Positions 1-12,524 of a DNA stretch of 64,000 bases are shown in pieces. Within the stretch, counting starts at the first letter, position 1, and every line of letters begins with the position of its first letter. Made by a program: the position numbers and the translations under genes. The notes under the pieces were generated by a model that was not told where the DNA came from, did no database searches, and saw only the letters and a list, made by a program, of their open reading frames with translations. The DNA is from Guillardia theta CCMP2712 (lineage: Eukaryota; Protista; Cryptophyta): the NCBI RefSeq assembly GCF_000315625.1, contig NW_005434599.1, positions 130,846-194,845 on the forward strand, written 5' to 3'.

Positions 1-243
1 AAGCTGAACCAAGGATGTGAACTGAGTCGGATTACGTCCGAAGAGATTCAGCTGCATCTGACTTCTCCTCAGAGATGGCGTCTGAAGCGCAACTTTCATG
101 TTGTACACATTGCATACTCCGTGAGGTATTCTGAGGTTTGGCTGTTTCGCGCAGAAAGACGAAGAGAAAGAATAGACTTGAGGCAAGAAGCCAATCAAGA
201 TGAGGGAAACCAGCACGCGCTCCGAGGTCGAAGATGAAGGCAT
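1..243 (-). CDS. 5' end of a probable plastid-targeted protein (partial, runs off the left edge)
   Basis: ATG at 243, frame open to base 1: MPSSSTSERVLVSLILIGFLPQVYS|FSSSFCAKQPNLRIPHG...; hydrophobic signal peptide, Phe at +1, Ser/Arg-rich transit-like region. Not in the ORF track because no stop is in the window. Confidence 0.6.
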   Translation of the reverse strand, partial: MPSSSTSERVLVSLILIGFLPQVYSFSSSFCAKQPNLRIPHGVCNVYNMKVALQTPSLRRSQMQLNLFGRNPTQFTSLVQL

Positions 244-857
244 GATCGAAGATTATGGAGTGTTGTGAGATGAGAGTCAAGAGGAAAGGGTGAGTACGAA
301 AGGAAGTACGACAGGAAGTGAGGAAACGGGGAGAGCAGGTGAAGAGAGAGAAGGATAGGAAGGAAGTGCGAGGCTGGGAGGGGGAGGGGAAAGAAGAACT
401 AGTTCGTGCCACAAGGAAGAAGCAGGAGGAACGGGAAGTAGTCAGTCAAGCGGGGGAGATGGGAGGGATCGCAGGGGTAGGCGTGGAGGAGGGAAACAGT
501 GAGGAAAAAAGTGGGTGGGGGGTGGTGCTGATGACCCCCAAAGATAGGTTGAGATACAAGGTTGTTAATGAATGGGGGTAGGGGTGACTAGCTCTGGTAC
601 TGAACTATAGGCTAGAATGGTACAAATTATCAGTTAATACAAATATTTTGGGGTGGTGTACTGCAGAGACTGTGATAAAGGGTGTTGGCTATACGAGAGT
701 TGTGATGCGTACAGCAGTACAATAAGGGGTGGTATCTAGGGCCAAAACGTGCCCAAGGACGGGGTTAAATTTCAAACTGAAGTCAGAGGGGGGGGGGTGG
801 GGTGGTTGGAGCGAGGGTAGGGAGGGAAGCGCCACAACGGACGATGAGCCCCCTACT

Positions 858-1000
858 GGTCAAATGCTTTGATGACGGTCAAACTTCTTATCTATTTGAC
901 CACGGTCAAAACAAGGTCAAATTTCCCTATTAGGAGTGTAGTAGTAACTAACAGTTTGACCGCGGTCAAAATTGAGTCAGCTAAAATTTTGACCACAGGA
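858..1000. repeat. Cluster of TTTGACC-N2-GGTCAAA palindromes and half-sites
   Basis: TTTGACCACGGTCAAA at 895-910, perfect palindrome TTTGACCGCGGTCAAA at 955-970, extra GGTCAAA/TTTGACC half-sites near 858, 877, 916 and 988. Confidence 0.85.
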
Positions 1001-1267
1001 AGGTTTATTGACGTTTGAGAATTCAATTTCAAATTTGTCTACCAGTTCCACTGTACCCACCCTGGTCCATCAGTACCCTACTTGTTTCATCTATTTGTAC
1101 CGGGTACTGGGGCCATCGATCCCTTCCCCACCCCCCTCGTTCATCGCCAACGGCAATACGTCTCTCTGGTTGCACCTGCACGACACTTGATGGCAACGGT
1201 CAGCCGCCTATTTCCGTCTGGGCTATACGCCCCCTGAGTGACGGGAGGAATTCAATTAAACATTAGA

Positions 1268-1545
1268 GTCCCGGGGCCGGCGACCGCGGCGGTGACTCGA
1301 CCGGGTACGGTCTCGGATCGGATCTCCCCGAGAGGCTCCCGGCGCAGCCCGGCCCGCCCGGCCGGCGGCCGGCCGCGGGCGGCGCGGCGCGGCTTACTCA
1401 GTTCACAACGGTCCGACTGCCAGGGCCGGGCGCTGAGCCGGGCTCCCGCGCGCCGGGCGCTGGCGCCCGGGCTGCCCTGGCACGGCCCGTGACTGCGGCG
1501 GCAGTCATGAGCTCACTGAGGCAGGCGTGGCCGCGCGGGAGCAAC
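1268..1545. other. GC-rich, palindrome-dense intergenic island (recurrent type)
   Basis: Dense CCGG/GGCC/CGCG and GACTC/ACTCAGT words in a divergent spacer; same texture recurs at several other spacers. Confidence 0.6.
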
Positions 1546-2442
1546 CTGATGAGGGGACAGCAAAGAGACATAGGTCCCAATTACTATCCAAAATTTGGAG
1601 ACCTCAAGAAACATTTACTTGACTAAAACTATAAGAACAATGAGTAAAACTTCTGGATTCTTTTGCGCGTGAGGATGACCAACCCCTACCCGTGCTTCTC
1701 ACCCACCACCCCCTTCTTTTTGACTACCCTACCCATAAATTATGACTGAAAATAGAGGAAAAGTGGGGTACAATGTTCACCCCACGGAGAGGCCGTACTA
1801 CCATCACCCACCAAGGCAAATCCGAGCTATGCAGCCGCCTGCGCAGGGAGGGAGGGAAGGGGAGGGGAGGGGAGTGAGAGGAAAGATGCTTTGAGAGAGA
1901 AGGTGCAGGTGATAATCTATAGCAGTGATGATGCAGCTCGCTGGGCTAGCATGGAGGATGGATCGAAATAGGATATAAAGAGGAAGAGGGAAACTGAAAT
2001 GAAGCTTTCCTCGAAGCCGGTTGTAGAAATTTGATAGGAACATGATTGATTGATTGATTGATGTGATTGTAGAGGGACTGGACAAGTAGTTCCCAATCAC
2101 GTAATTCCCAATCACCGCCCAAGAGTTGTTCTTTGTTTCCCTAATGGTTTCAACACTGCTTCACTGTGTCCAAATACTTCGTTCACGATCCGGGGTTGGT
2201 TTCTTCCCTCTGAGACTAGTCTTTCCATCTCCTACGTATACTTGAGCTCTTTCACATCCGCTCATCGTCTTGCTACATCCTTCAAGAACCCTTTTTTTCA
2301 AAAATTCATATCGAATTTCAACTATCGCTGGCTGATGTAGTGATTTGCAGAACAAAGTCTCTTCCTCATTCTCGGAAGAGTATGGGTTTTAACTAGATCA
2401 GAAAATCTTGCAGCAGAAAGGCTTCAAGTCTTCACGATCATC

Positions 2443-3509
2443 ATGCCCGAAGGCTGGATGAAGGAGATGCAAGCTAAGGTAGGACGGAGTGTGAATTATA
2501 GAAGTTGTTTTTCACATCGTAAGCAGGCAGACGAAGGTAACGAGGACATGACCCTGACATCGAACTCTGAAGACGAGCGAGACGAAGACAAGAAACTTAG
2601 GCCGGTGCAGAAGAAGGCTCGGAGCCCGCGGAACGCACAGGCTGATCGACCCGGGTTCAACCTACAACACCAACTCTACGTGCGTTCAGCGCCTTGTCTT
2701 GCCTTGCCTTACCTTGCCTTTGCTTGGTGATGAACTGATGAGTGTACACAGATCGGTGTTGTTTCTGCTCTCATGGCGGCAGGCTACATCTACTTGATGA
2801 GCAAGAAGGGCGGGAAGGACACTAAGGACCCCAACGCTCTCAGGAGCGTAATAGCATCCAAGACCATCCGAACGAAACTGGGCCGGGCATACGACTACAT
2901 CAGCACGCCCGACTTTCGGACGGAGTGGCACATGGGGGCGGTGGAGGTGGCTGGGCCAGCCATCGATCACTCTGCTGTGACAGGTGAGGGAGGACCAGGA
3001 GGAAGGGAGAGAAAAGCTGGTGTGGATAGAGGGAGGGAGCGAGAGGGAGGGAGCGAGGAAGGATGGATGGAAATTGAGTGAGGGAAGATTCAGGAAGGGA
3101 GAGAGATGGAGGAAGGGAGAGAGATGGCTAGGTTGGAGCGCTTGGTTGGTTGAACGCGCATATGGCAGGGGAGCTGTTCTCGGAGGAGATGAAGTTTGGA
3201 GGAAGCACGTGGCACGTGGATTGGACCGTTCTCGAGCGGCAGTTCCCAACGTCAGCGAGCACGCACTTTGCTGAGTTCGTGCTTGAAGGGAAGGTGAGAC
3301 GAGGAGACGGGAGGGAGCAGCGATGGGTGGAGAGCATTCGGATCAAAGGGGACAAGAACCAGGAGGCGCAGGCTGTGCTCGTGGAGATGGAAGTGGCGGT
3401 GAGTGGCGAGGGGATCAGGGCAGATGAAGATGGCAAGATGCTGCGGCGATCGATCTCGAGGGGGCTGAAAGACTCGCTGAAGCTCCTCCGGCAGAGGATC
3501 GCAGACTGA
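2443..3509 (+). CDS. Membrane-anchored SRPBCC/START-like (polyketide cyclase-like) domain protein, 4 exons
   Basis: Exons ~2443-2478, 2527-2679, 2752-2983, 3169-3509 join in frame through GT-AG introns; TM segment IGVVSALMAAGYIYLM; 'ASKTIRTKLGRAYDYISTPDFRTEWHMG' and C-terminal helix 'ISRGLKDSLKLLRQRIA' fit the SRPBCC pattern. Confidence 0.6.
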
Positions 3510-3662
3510 AGGAGGAGGAGGAAGCGAAGGGGAGGAGAGAGACGTGTAGGCCTCAAGGGATTCCAGAGTTGGTGGAGAGAGGGAGGAGGAGGAGGAGGAG
3601 GACTGATTGATTTATTGTTTAACTTGTATGATTGTGTTTCATTGTATCTATGATCTCACTTT

Positions 3663-6600
3663 TCACCTCCGACGTGAGCAGCAAAACTTGTTTGCTTGTG
3701 AGTCCTGCAGGACCTGCAGGAGAAGTCTGGCTCCATTCTGATAGCAGAGGACAATCTCAGCAGAGGGGAAGGAGAGCAGAAGGAGAAGAGCGTGAAGACA
3801 GAGATGGAAGAAGCGAGGAAGGGCAAGAAGGGAGAAGGGCGAGAGAGATGGAGAGGACAAGGGTGGAAGAGGAGGAACAACGAGGAGGAGGAGGAGGAGA
3901 AGCGAACCCTCACATTGTTCCAGCTCGAACTTAAGAGGGTCTCGTCACAGAGCTGCTCCGTTACGTTCATCTGCCGCATCTTGAGCGTCTTGGGAGGAAA
4001 AGAACCGACTCGACCGAAAAGAGAAGCCTCCTCCTCCTCGCTCCTCGCGCCCAGTAGGGATGGCAAACTTGGATGAAGCTCGCGCAATCGGCGAAGATGC
4101 TTTCATCCCACTCTCCTGCTCAACGATGAGAGCGAGCGAGAGAGACAGAGACAGAGACAGAGAGACAGAGACAGAGACAGAGAGACAGGAAGAGAGAGGC
4201 AGAGGGAAAGGGAACGAGAAAAAAGGGGGGGGGGCGGGAGACGAGCGAAGGAGGAGAGGATGAGCAGANNNNNNNNNNNNNNNNNNNNNNNNNNNNNNNN
4301 NNNNNNNNNNNNNNNNNNNNNNNNNNNNNNNNNNNNNNNNNNNNNNNNNNNNNNNNNNNNNNNNNNNNNNNNNNNNNNNNNNNNNNNNNNNNNNNNNNNN
4401 NNNNNNNNNNNNNNNNNNNNNNNNNNNNNNNNNNNNNNNNNNNNNNNNNNNNNNNNNNNNNNNNNNNNNNNNNNNNNNNNNNNNNNNNNNNNNNNNNNNN
4501 NNNNNNNNNNNNNNNNNNNNNNNNNNNNNNNNNNNNNNNNNNNNNNNNNNNNNNNNNNNNNNNNNNNNNNNNNNNNNNNNNNNNNNNNNNNNNNNNNNNN
4601 NNNNNNNNNNNNNNNNATGGAGAGGGAGGTGCAGAGGAAAGACGAGGAGGAGGAGGAGGAGGAGGAGGAGGAGGAGGAGGAGAAAGATGAGAAGTTTTAC
4701 AGTGCTGAAGTGTATCTTTCTCAGCTTGTCTGAGGACTTGAAGGCCTGGCAGGAGAGGTAAAGAACGCTGAGAGCACACGAGGGTTCGAGCACCGACAGC
4801 ACAAAGGTCAAGACCTCCTGCAGCAGGCTGGTACCTGGGAAGGAACAAGTTTTTGTTGAGATGTTGTCCTTACTATCAAGGTTGGAGTGACGAGCGTCGC
4901 TCCCTGCCCCCTCCTGCCTCATCTTCTCGAGCGCTTCCTCCCTCCATGACATCCCTGTGTCGTCGGCCATGAACTGAGCAAACTCCATCACATGCTGTTG
5001 GGACGTGAAAGTAGCAGCGAAGGCGTTGAAGACTATCATGCTGGCCGTTCGATCCAACCCAAGATCCGTAGAGAACCTTGTAGGAGCGAATTAGAAGACA
5101 AGGGAAGGGAAGGGAAGGGAAGGGAAGGGAAGGGAAGGGAAGGGGAAGGGAAGGGAAGGGAAGGGAAGGGAAGGAGGAGTTCGTCGTTAGTTTGTTTACC
5201 CGGNNNNNNNNNNNNNNNNNNNNNNNNNNNNNNNNNNNNNNNNNNNNNNNNNNNNNNNNNNNNNNNNNNNNNNNNNNNNNNNNNNNNNNNNNNNNNNNNN
5301 NNNNNNNNNNNNNNNNNNNNNNNNNNNNNNNNNNNNNNNNNNNNNNNNNNNNNNNNNNNNNNNNNNNNNNNNNNNNNNNNNNNNNNNNNNNNNNNNNNNN
5401 NNNNNNNNNNNNNNNNNNNNNNNNNNNNNNNNNNNNNNNNNNNNNNNNNNNNNNNNNNNNNNNNNNNNNNNNNNNNNNNNNNNNNNNNNNNNNNNNNNNN
5501 NNNNNNNNNNNNNNNNNNNNNNNNNNNNNNNNNNNNNNNNNNNNNNNNNNNNNNNNNNNNNNNNNNNNNNNNNNNNNNNNNNNNNNNNNNNNNNNNNNNN
5601 NNNNNNNNNNNNNNNNNNNNNNNNNNNNNNNNNNNNNNNNNNNNNNNNNNNNNNNNNNNNNNNNNNNNNNNNNNNNATGCCGTTAGAGTGGGAGCTCACA
5701 GCTCGATTTTCAAGGTCTGACGTTGAATGACGACAAGATTGGGAAATAATCTCCATCATCTCCATCATCATCTCCATCATCATCATCATCTCCATCATCA
5801 TCATCATCTCCATCATCATCATCATCTCCATCATCATCATCTCCATCATCATCATCATCGTCATCATCGTCGTCGTCGTCATCATCATCATCGTCATCAG
5901 CACCACCACCCATGTTCTACCTGTGAAGATGTAAAAGAATAATCTTGAAGCTCCGAGACAGCTCTCGAGAAGAGAAAAGTCTCCGCTCTCTTCTCATCAC
6001 CTAAATTCATGCATGTCACTACAAAACCATCCGCACCCCCAACCTGCTCACAATCCCACAATCTTGTCACTTCACCGAACCGGCCGATCGCGTGAGGAGC
6101 AGAAACAATGTCTCGTGGAGAACAGACGCTCCCACCTGGATCAGAGCTCAAAACTTCCTCTTCCACCCCATTCTCTTTCTCACTGCAAGCTTGAGCAAGG
6201 TGCGAGTTGGTCGTCGAGAGGAACTCCAACTCGCTGTCCACGTACTGCCGAAGCTCGTCTTCTTCCATTGGCGGCGAGCAGACGACAGCAACAACGTCCG
6301 AGTCCCTCGTCCTCATTTCTCCTTCTACCTCCCTCAGCTTCCACAGGGAGTCCACGTGGAGCAGGAACAGGAATCTCTTCAAAGGATCAGCGACCGATCG
6401 CACCACGACAGCCTCGGAGACGACCCGCAGCTCTTGTCCCCCATCATGGAACACCAGGGAGACCCGCAGGCTTGCTGTGCCTTCCTTGATGCCCCTCAAC
6501 TTGGCATGGACCATCAAAGGACAGGAGGCATTGGTGGTTTGCCAATCCTCGAAGGGGAGGGAGACTGCAGCTCCCTCCATGCTCACCAGCAGCTCTGCGA

Positions 6601-6772
6601 CCTTCCCTGGGCAGTTGGAACAGGCTCGGACGTCCACGAGGGAGGGAGGGACCTGGCTGAAGGCTCTGGGGTGTAGGACTGTGATGAAGCATCCTGCACT
6701 TTCCTCATGCAAGTCACTGGACACTGACATCGCGAACATTAGCAGCAGGAGCCAAGATGTGCGAGTCTTCAT
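3663..6772 (-). CDS. Hypothetical secreted protein, multi-exon, interrupted by two gaps
   Basis: Signal peptide MKTRTSWLLLLMFAMSVSS, long coding exon ~5920-6772, further coding-like blocks at ~5080-4690, ~4050-3920 and ~3760-3663. Joining across the gaps is inferred. Confidence 0.45.
4269..4616. other. Assembly gap
   Basis: Run of N. Confidence 1.
5204..5676. other. Assembly gap, flanked by (GGAAG)n at 5101-5172
   Basis: Run of N. Confidence 1.
5751..5900. repeat. (CAT)n/(CATCTC) microsatellite, probably intronic
   Basis: Direct inspection; lies between a minus-strand donor near 5920 and an acceptor near 5717. Confidence 0.9.
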
Positions 6773-7014
6773 TCGAGTTCGCATCTGTTGATCACCAGCC
6801 TTGATACATTCCACTCCCAATCCTCCCGACACTGCTCTGCAGAATCATGTGTGTGCTCGTATATGTCTTCCCGCCCGAATCTTAGCAACAGGCATGCGGC
6901 ACATCTCGCCACTTGGTGATGTTGCCCATCGATCAGCAGCTGCGATTCAGCTCTCACTGCCTGCCAGCACTTTAGGAGCCCAACAGCTTTGACACATCAA
7001 CCTTCATTGACTGA

Positions 7015-7270
7015 CTCCTTCTCCTTCTCCTTCTCCTTCTCCCTCTCCTTCTCCTTCTCCTTCTCCTTCTCCTTCTCCTTCTCCCTCTCCCTCTCCCTCT
7101 CCTTCTCTCTCTCCTCTCCTCTCCTCTCCTCTCCTCTCTCTCTCTCCTCTCCTCTCCTCTCCTCTCCCTCTCCCTCTCCTCTCCTCTCCTCTCCTCTCCC
7201 TCTCCCTCTCCCTCTCCTTCTCCCTCTCCTTCTCCTTCTCCTTCTCCTTCTCCTACTTCTCCTTCTCCTC
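7015..7270. repeat. Polypyrimidine microsatellite (CTTCTC/CTCTC)n
   Basis: Direct inspection. Confidence 0.9.
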
Positions 7271-8198
7271 GTTCTCCTACCCTCCTTCTTCGCTTTCTTC
7301 TTCTCATTGTCCTGGTCCTGATCTACCTCATCGTCTCTCTCCTCCTTCCCTACTTTCCTTCCCGCACATCTTCTTCACTGCCATAGTCTCGATCTCCATC
7401 GCTGAGCACGTATGGCCTTTGATTTACTAGCCGCATCCCGTTGATCCCACCCCCACTTTCCCTCTGCTTTCAGTACTAATGAGGGGTGGGGTCATTGCCC
7501 CTCTTTCACCCCCAATATTTTCTTTGCCTCCCGCCTCTAGCCCGTCCTATCTCATGCTTCGTCCCGCCATGGCAGTCCTGCCGCCTCTCCGCCGCGACCT
7601 CCTCCTCCCACTACGCCTGCCTGCATGATTTGACCTGTTTCTCCCCCTTCCTTCCTCCCTTCCGTCCTCTCCTTGTGCTGCCAACCAGCCAGTGCGCCTG
7701 ACCGTATGCGTCCCTGCCAAAAGGGTACAGCCTGTCTCTATCGAGTTCCAGCTAGTCGTGCTGTCTCTCGATAACCCTTTTCCTCTTTCTTCCACTATCT
7801 CCATGCTTGTGCGTCTGCGTTTCTTCAATTCCGGCTCTCTCTTTCTCATTGTCCTTCCAATCCATTCTCCGTGCCCTTCATTTCTGTTGCGCACGCGCGT
7901 TCTCCCAAGGCTGCTTTCTTTAGCCACCAAGGCAGCATTCCTCCTCTCATTCATGCAGGGACACCTGTGTAAATTTGGTGTTGTCTTGTGGTCTTCCTTG
8001 TCCCTTTCTCTCAACAGCTTTGTACGCCACTGCATCTTCACAACGCCATGCCCTCTGAAAACACTTTGCCTGAGAAAAGATGCTATAGTTGAAACGAGTG
8101 TTGACAACGGCAACAAAACGTTGTCCAAACAGTCTCCATTTTGCCATCACTTGCTCTTGATCTGACCCTTCATCGTCCACTAGGCAAAACAGAACAAC

Positions 8199-8815
8199 AT
8201 GGCGACTGAAACTTCGAGCGAGCGGCGATCTAGGGGTTCTTGCGACCACTTGCTCGATCTTCCTTCCAGCGGGCTGTTGGTGACGTTTGAACCCGACCAG
8301 AACGAGGTGAGAGAGACAGAGACATAGAGGGAGAGGGAGAGAGGGAGAGGAGGAGCAGGAAAATGGCGAACCCTTACGATCACTCCCTCACAGTTCAAGG
8401 TCATGGTGGGCCCCTCCTACGTTTGTACCCATGACACCTCTCCTCCCAACGGTGATTGCTCGATGTCTAGGGAAGCTGTGCTCACTCACAACATCACAGG
8501 ACAACGGATTCTGTCTGAAGATCGGCATACGATGGTCCGTCGCTTTGCTGGTATGTTTGTGGTACGATGCGAGGTTTTGATCTGAGATGTTGTTTTGCAT
8601 CACATTAGGCCAGTACAAGTTGGATCGAGAGGTAACCTTTTCACTTTGGTTGCACGTGGTTGTGATCAGGTTTTTAGCAGATTCCAAGCAAGAGATCTGC
8701 TGGGTGAGGAGTTTCCGCGTCCTGTCTGTAATGTGCTCTCAATGCTCATTAACGCGGTTACAGGGGCGGGGAACATATGCGGGAGCTGGGGATAAAGCTT
8801 AGGAAGCTTAGCTAA
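8199..8815 (+). CDS. Small hypothetical protein, ~5 exons
   Basis: MATETSSERRS...QNE|FKVMVGPSYVC...RRFA|GQYKLDRE|(Q)IPSKRSAG|GGEHMRELGIKLRKLS*; four GT-AG introns keep the frame; the start may lie further upstream. Confidence 0.5.
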
Positions 8816-8946
8816 TTATTCTTACTGTAAATGCTGTCAATAGAGTGGGAAATTACTGAATGCGGACACAGGAAATTCACAAACAATTTTTTTATTTTTC
8901 ACAATTTTTCATGAGCAATCCTCGCTGATTCCAATACAACTATTCC

Positions 8947-9934
8947 TTACTGAAGAGACTTGAAGTTTCCGAGCTGCTCAAGCACGGTCTGCTTGGTGAC
9001 CCAGTACTGGTGGATGAATCCTCCGATGGCGATCATGGCAAGGCGGGAGTGCTTGATCTCAGCAAGGCGGTACCTCTCGAGGGTGGCCTCGTCCTTGGCA
9101 AGGCCGAGGGGATCGAAGGCAAAGTCACCAGGCTCACGCTTGCCCTGAAGGGTCTCGAAGAGAGCAACAACACCGAAGATCTCGACAAAGGAGATCCAGA
9201 AGATGATCTGGGATCCTCCGCCCTGCTGGACGAAGTAGTCGTGGGCATCAACGGGAGCCATCTTGGGGAAGAAGGGGAAGGTGTAGAGCTCCTGGACGAT
9301 GAATCCAAGAACGGCAAGCATGGCAAAGCGTCCGTGCTTCAACTCAGCCTCGCGGAGAACGCGAAGATCGAAGACATCGGAAAAGCCCTTCGGGTGACAG
9401 TCAGCAATCAGTTAGTGTGAACATCTCGTTGACACTCACAAGGGGGTCGAAGCCAACGTCACCAACGTAGGATCCATCGAGGTTGGATGGGCGCTTGAGG
9501 AAAGGAACAGCAGCAGAGAAGTCACCAGACTGCATCTTGAGGCTCTTGACGGCCGCTGGCAGAGTTAAGTTAGGAAATAGTACATGGAATGTCGTAATAA
9601 AACACGTAGGCACTGGCAACTCGACAAAAAGGCAACAAAACTGCATCACTCGACAACAGAAAAGAAGATCAAAGATAACGTCAACAATCCGCAGTATTAA
9701 GTTGTTTCCAAACATGTCAAGCAGCTGCACCATCACAAGATCCCGCGTCCACTCCCTCCCCCGTACGGTCGTCCAATCAGGTCACAAGTCTCAAGATCAC
9801 AGAAACTATGCGAGAAGGCTGTATATCGTATCAATCCATTGCTTACCAGTGCGGGCCTTCATGGGGGCGAAGGCCGCAGGGGCGAAGGCAGAGGCGGAGG
9901 CGACCGCGGCGGCGAGGACTGCTGCGCGAAGCAT
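8947..9934 (-). CDS. Chlorophyll a/c-binding light-harvesting complex protein (LHC, red lineage), plastid-targeted
   Basis: Exons 9934-9847, 9555-9440, 9387-8947; presequence [16 protein letters not shown]|FAP; motifs [49 protein letters not shown]. Confidence 0.97.
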
Positions 9935-10679
9935 GGCGCTGGCTTGGGGGAGGCGCCTCCCCCTCCCCCTTTAAACAAGAAACATTTCCCCCACCCTACC
10001 CTTCTTTGATTCCACCCCTTCAAAAAAATTACCCACCCATCTAGAATCAGTACAATTTAGATGTTACACCGGTACTTTATTATAAAGTACTTCAACCCTA
10101 CCCATGCTCTTTGATTTTTGTTTTACCCCTACCTACCCCCTTTCCCACGAGACTACCCCCATTGCCACCCCCCACCCCCATAAAAGGCCCTCAGCCCCAT
10201 CGCCCCCCGAGGAAACCCGTCAAGAAAACGTGATAGCGACATCAGGGGGTAGGGGTAACTACCTATACCCCTAGAGCTAGTCAATATTTATGTCGATTGA
10301 GGGTACACTACCCTACCAATCGTAAGGCAATAAGACATCCCGTAATTTCATACACACAATCTTCAAAATCCAACTGAAATTGAAAAATTCAGGAGCAGAT
10401 TCGTGAAAATGTGAAATAAATCTTGAAATATTTTCAGCACCCCATAAACCTCTTACAAAACCACCCCCTGAAGCTCACAGACATCTCCCCGGCCATCATC
10501 ACGCCGCCAGTGATCCGGGAGCTTGTGACTGCTCGGCCCAAATCGCCAGGGTACAGGCATGTAGCGGAATTCCTATTCCCTTTCCTATGAAATCAAATGT
10601 TCACAATGATGACCTCAATCATGACTGTGCGGCTCAGCTGGTTGAACTACTACTCGTCACACTAAAATAACTAGATGAG

Positions 10680-11120
10680 TAGACTCCGGCGAGGCTTGAC
10701 CCTGCGGCCGTGATCGGACACTCGACTCAGTCGCACACGGCGAGAAGAGAAAAGACAGTGAGAGCCGGAACTTAAGGCTTAACATGGCCACTGGCCGGCG
10801 GCTTAGCCTAGTAGCGCCCCGGCCACTGAGCTGTCAGTGTCGGCCCGGGCGGCGGTGGCGCCCGGCGCCCCCGGGCCCGGCCGGGCCCGGCCGGCCGCCG
10901 GCCGCTGGCCGGGGCCGCACTGATCGGCCCGAAGCGGCCCGCTGACGGCGGAGCCCGGCGGCCGCCGGCCGTGTACGATCAGTACGCGGCAGCCGGTGAC
11001 CTCATAGACACTCTGTGAGCCTGAGTCACCGGCCCGTCGCGGCAAGTCTGGCCAGTGTCAGACACTGTGACAGTTACACAAAGTAACGGACATCGCCGGG
11101 TCGGACGGTCGCTGCGGCAG
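10680..11120. other. GC-rich, palindrome-dense intergenic island
   Basis: CCGGGCCCGGCCGGGCCCGG runs, GACTCAGT, TGAGTCA; between divergent LHC and SGT1. Confidence 0.6.
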
Positions 11121-11738
11121 AAGTTCTAGAAATCGGTTGACCCTATACAGTCACAGAACGGTACTGATAATAGTACGAGAATTTATCTAAAAAACTTTTA
11201 TGTGGAAGTATTTGAAGAAGCTTTTGTAGCAATCTAATCATATCGCTACCATTCTTTATTGTTGTGGTACAAAATGTACTGTCCATAAAATCTAAAACTC
11301 GCAGTACTAAATAAAAAAGGCGGGAAACCGCATGATGTCAACAAGTGCAGTGAAAGACCAAGAGAAGAGGAGAGAAGAGGAGAGGAGGTCGAGGAGGAGG
11401 AGGAGGAGGAGGAGGAGGAGGAGGAGGAGGAGGAGAGAGAGAGAGAGAGCCCAAAAGAGCCGAGAGGAGAGACTAAAAAAGAGAGACCGAAGAGAGGTAG
11501 ACCTAGGGGGAGAGAGATGGGAAAAAGAGGGGGAGAGAGCCCAGAAGAGGCCCGGAGGGGAGGGTGACCGGAGAGGAGAGAAGACCGAAGGGAGAGACGG
11601 GGGGGGCCTAAAGGAGGAGACCCTGCCCTCCCCTGGGCAAAACTGGGGGGGGTTTTTTTGTTTTTTCAAAAGGAAAAAACTTGTTTTTACGGGGGAAAAT
11701 TCAGGGCCAGAATAAATTGTGGCCCTTTTTTTTAAAAA

Positions 11739-11838
11739 NNNNNNNNNNNNNNNNNNNNNNNNNNNNNNNNNNNNNNNNNNNNNNNNNNNNNNNNNNNNNN
11801 NNNNNNNNNNNNNNNNNNNNNNNNNNNNNNNNNNNNNN
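11739..11838. other. Assembly gap (100 N), flanked by (GAG)n/(AG)n microsatellites and low-quality-looking sequence
   Basis: Run of N; (AG)n/(AGAC) at 11880-12040. Confidence 1.
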
Positions 11839-11892
11839 AAGAAAAATAAAAGAAAAAAAAAAAAAAATAGAGAGAGGGGGAAGGGAGAGACA

Positions 11893-11952
<60 letters not shown>

Positions 11953-12524
11953 GACAGAGAGAGAGAGAGACAGAGAGAGAGAGAGACAGAGAGAGAGAGA
12001 CAGAGAGAGACAGAGAGAGAGAGACAGAGACAGAGCCAGAGGCAGAGACGGAGGAGGTGTATATGGTTCTCAGAGCAAGGAAAGCACATGGTCATACAGG
12101 CAGACAGATACAAGCGCAACGAATAAGTAGAGGCACAATTTTGAACAAACACCCACAGGAATTTGAAAAGAATGTGGAGTAGGTAGTTCATGAGGTAGAC
12201 GGGTGCAGGAGGATCAAGAGAGCTGGTTTGGGGAAGCAAGCGAGCTTTCACTGCTTAAAGACTATGAGTGAACAGCAGCAGGAAAGGAGTGAAAGAAAGT
12301 GAGAAGTGGTTGAGCCTGGCATAATCAGTAGCAATAGAGGTAGTTACCAAGTTCTTGAGCTGGGATCTGCACAATGAGCAAAGAGATGAATTTTGTTCCC
12401 TGTTGCTGTTTCACTTCACAGCAACATTTGAATGCTTACGTGTGGATTAGTTACTAGCTACACTAGCACCATACTTGGCTCTTGCGGATTTTCCTCGTTT
12501 CCCTGAGCAGTTTACAGGCAGAAC

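Noticed and set aside
858-1000. CRISPR-like repeat-spacer array
   Set aside because: Only two full 16-bp units, irregular spacing, eukaryotic context and no cas genes.
6769-7440. Possible upstream small gene whose TGA overlaps the ATG (ATGA) of the secreted protein
   Set aside because: No ATG-containing first exon could be joined in frame; candidate frames hit stops. More likely a 5' UTR with a microsatellite intron.
9556-9846. Unusually long (291 nt) non-repetitive LHC intron possibly hosting a snoRNA
   Set aside because: No convincing C/D or H/ACA box arrangement seen by eye.
11880-12040. (AG)n tract resembling cryptophyte nucleomorph telomeric repeats
   Set aside because: Internal, irregular and common throughout the window; an ordinary microsatellite.
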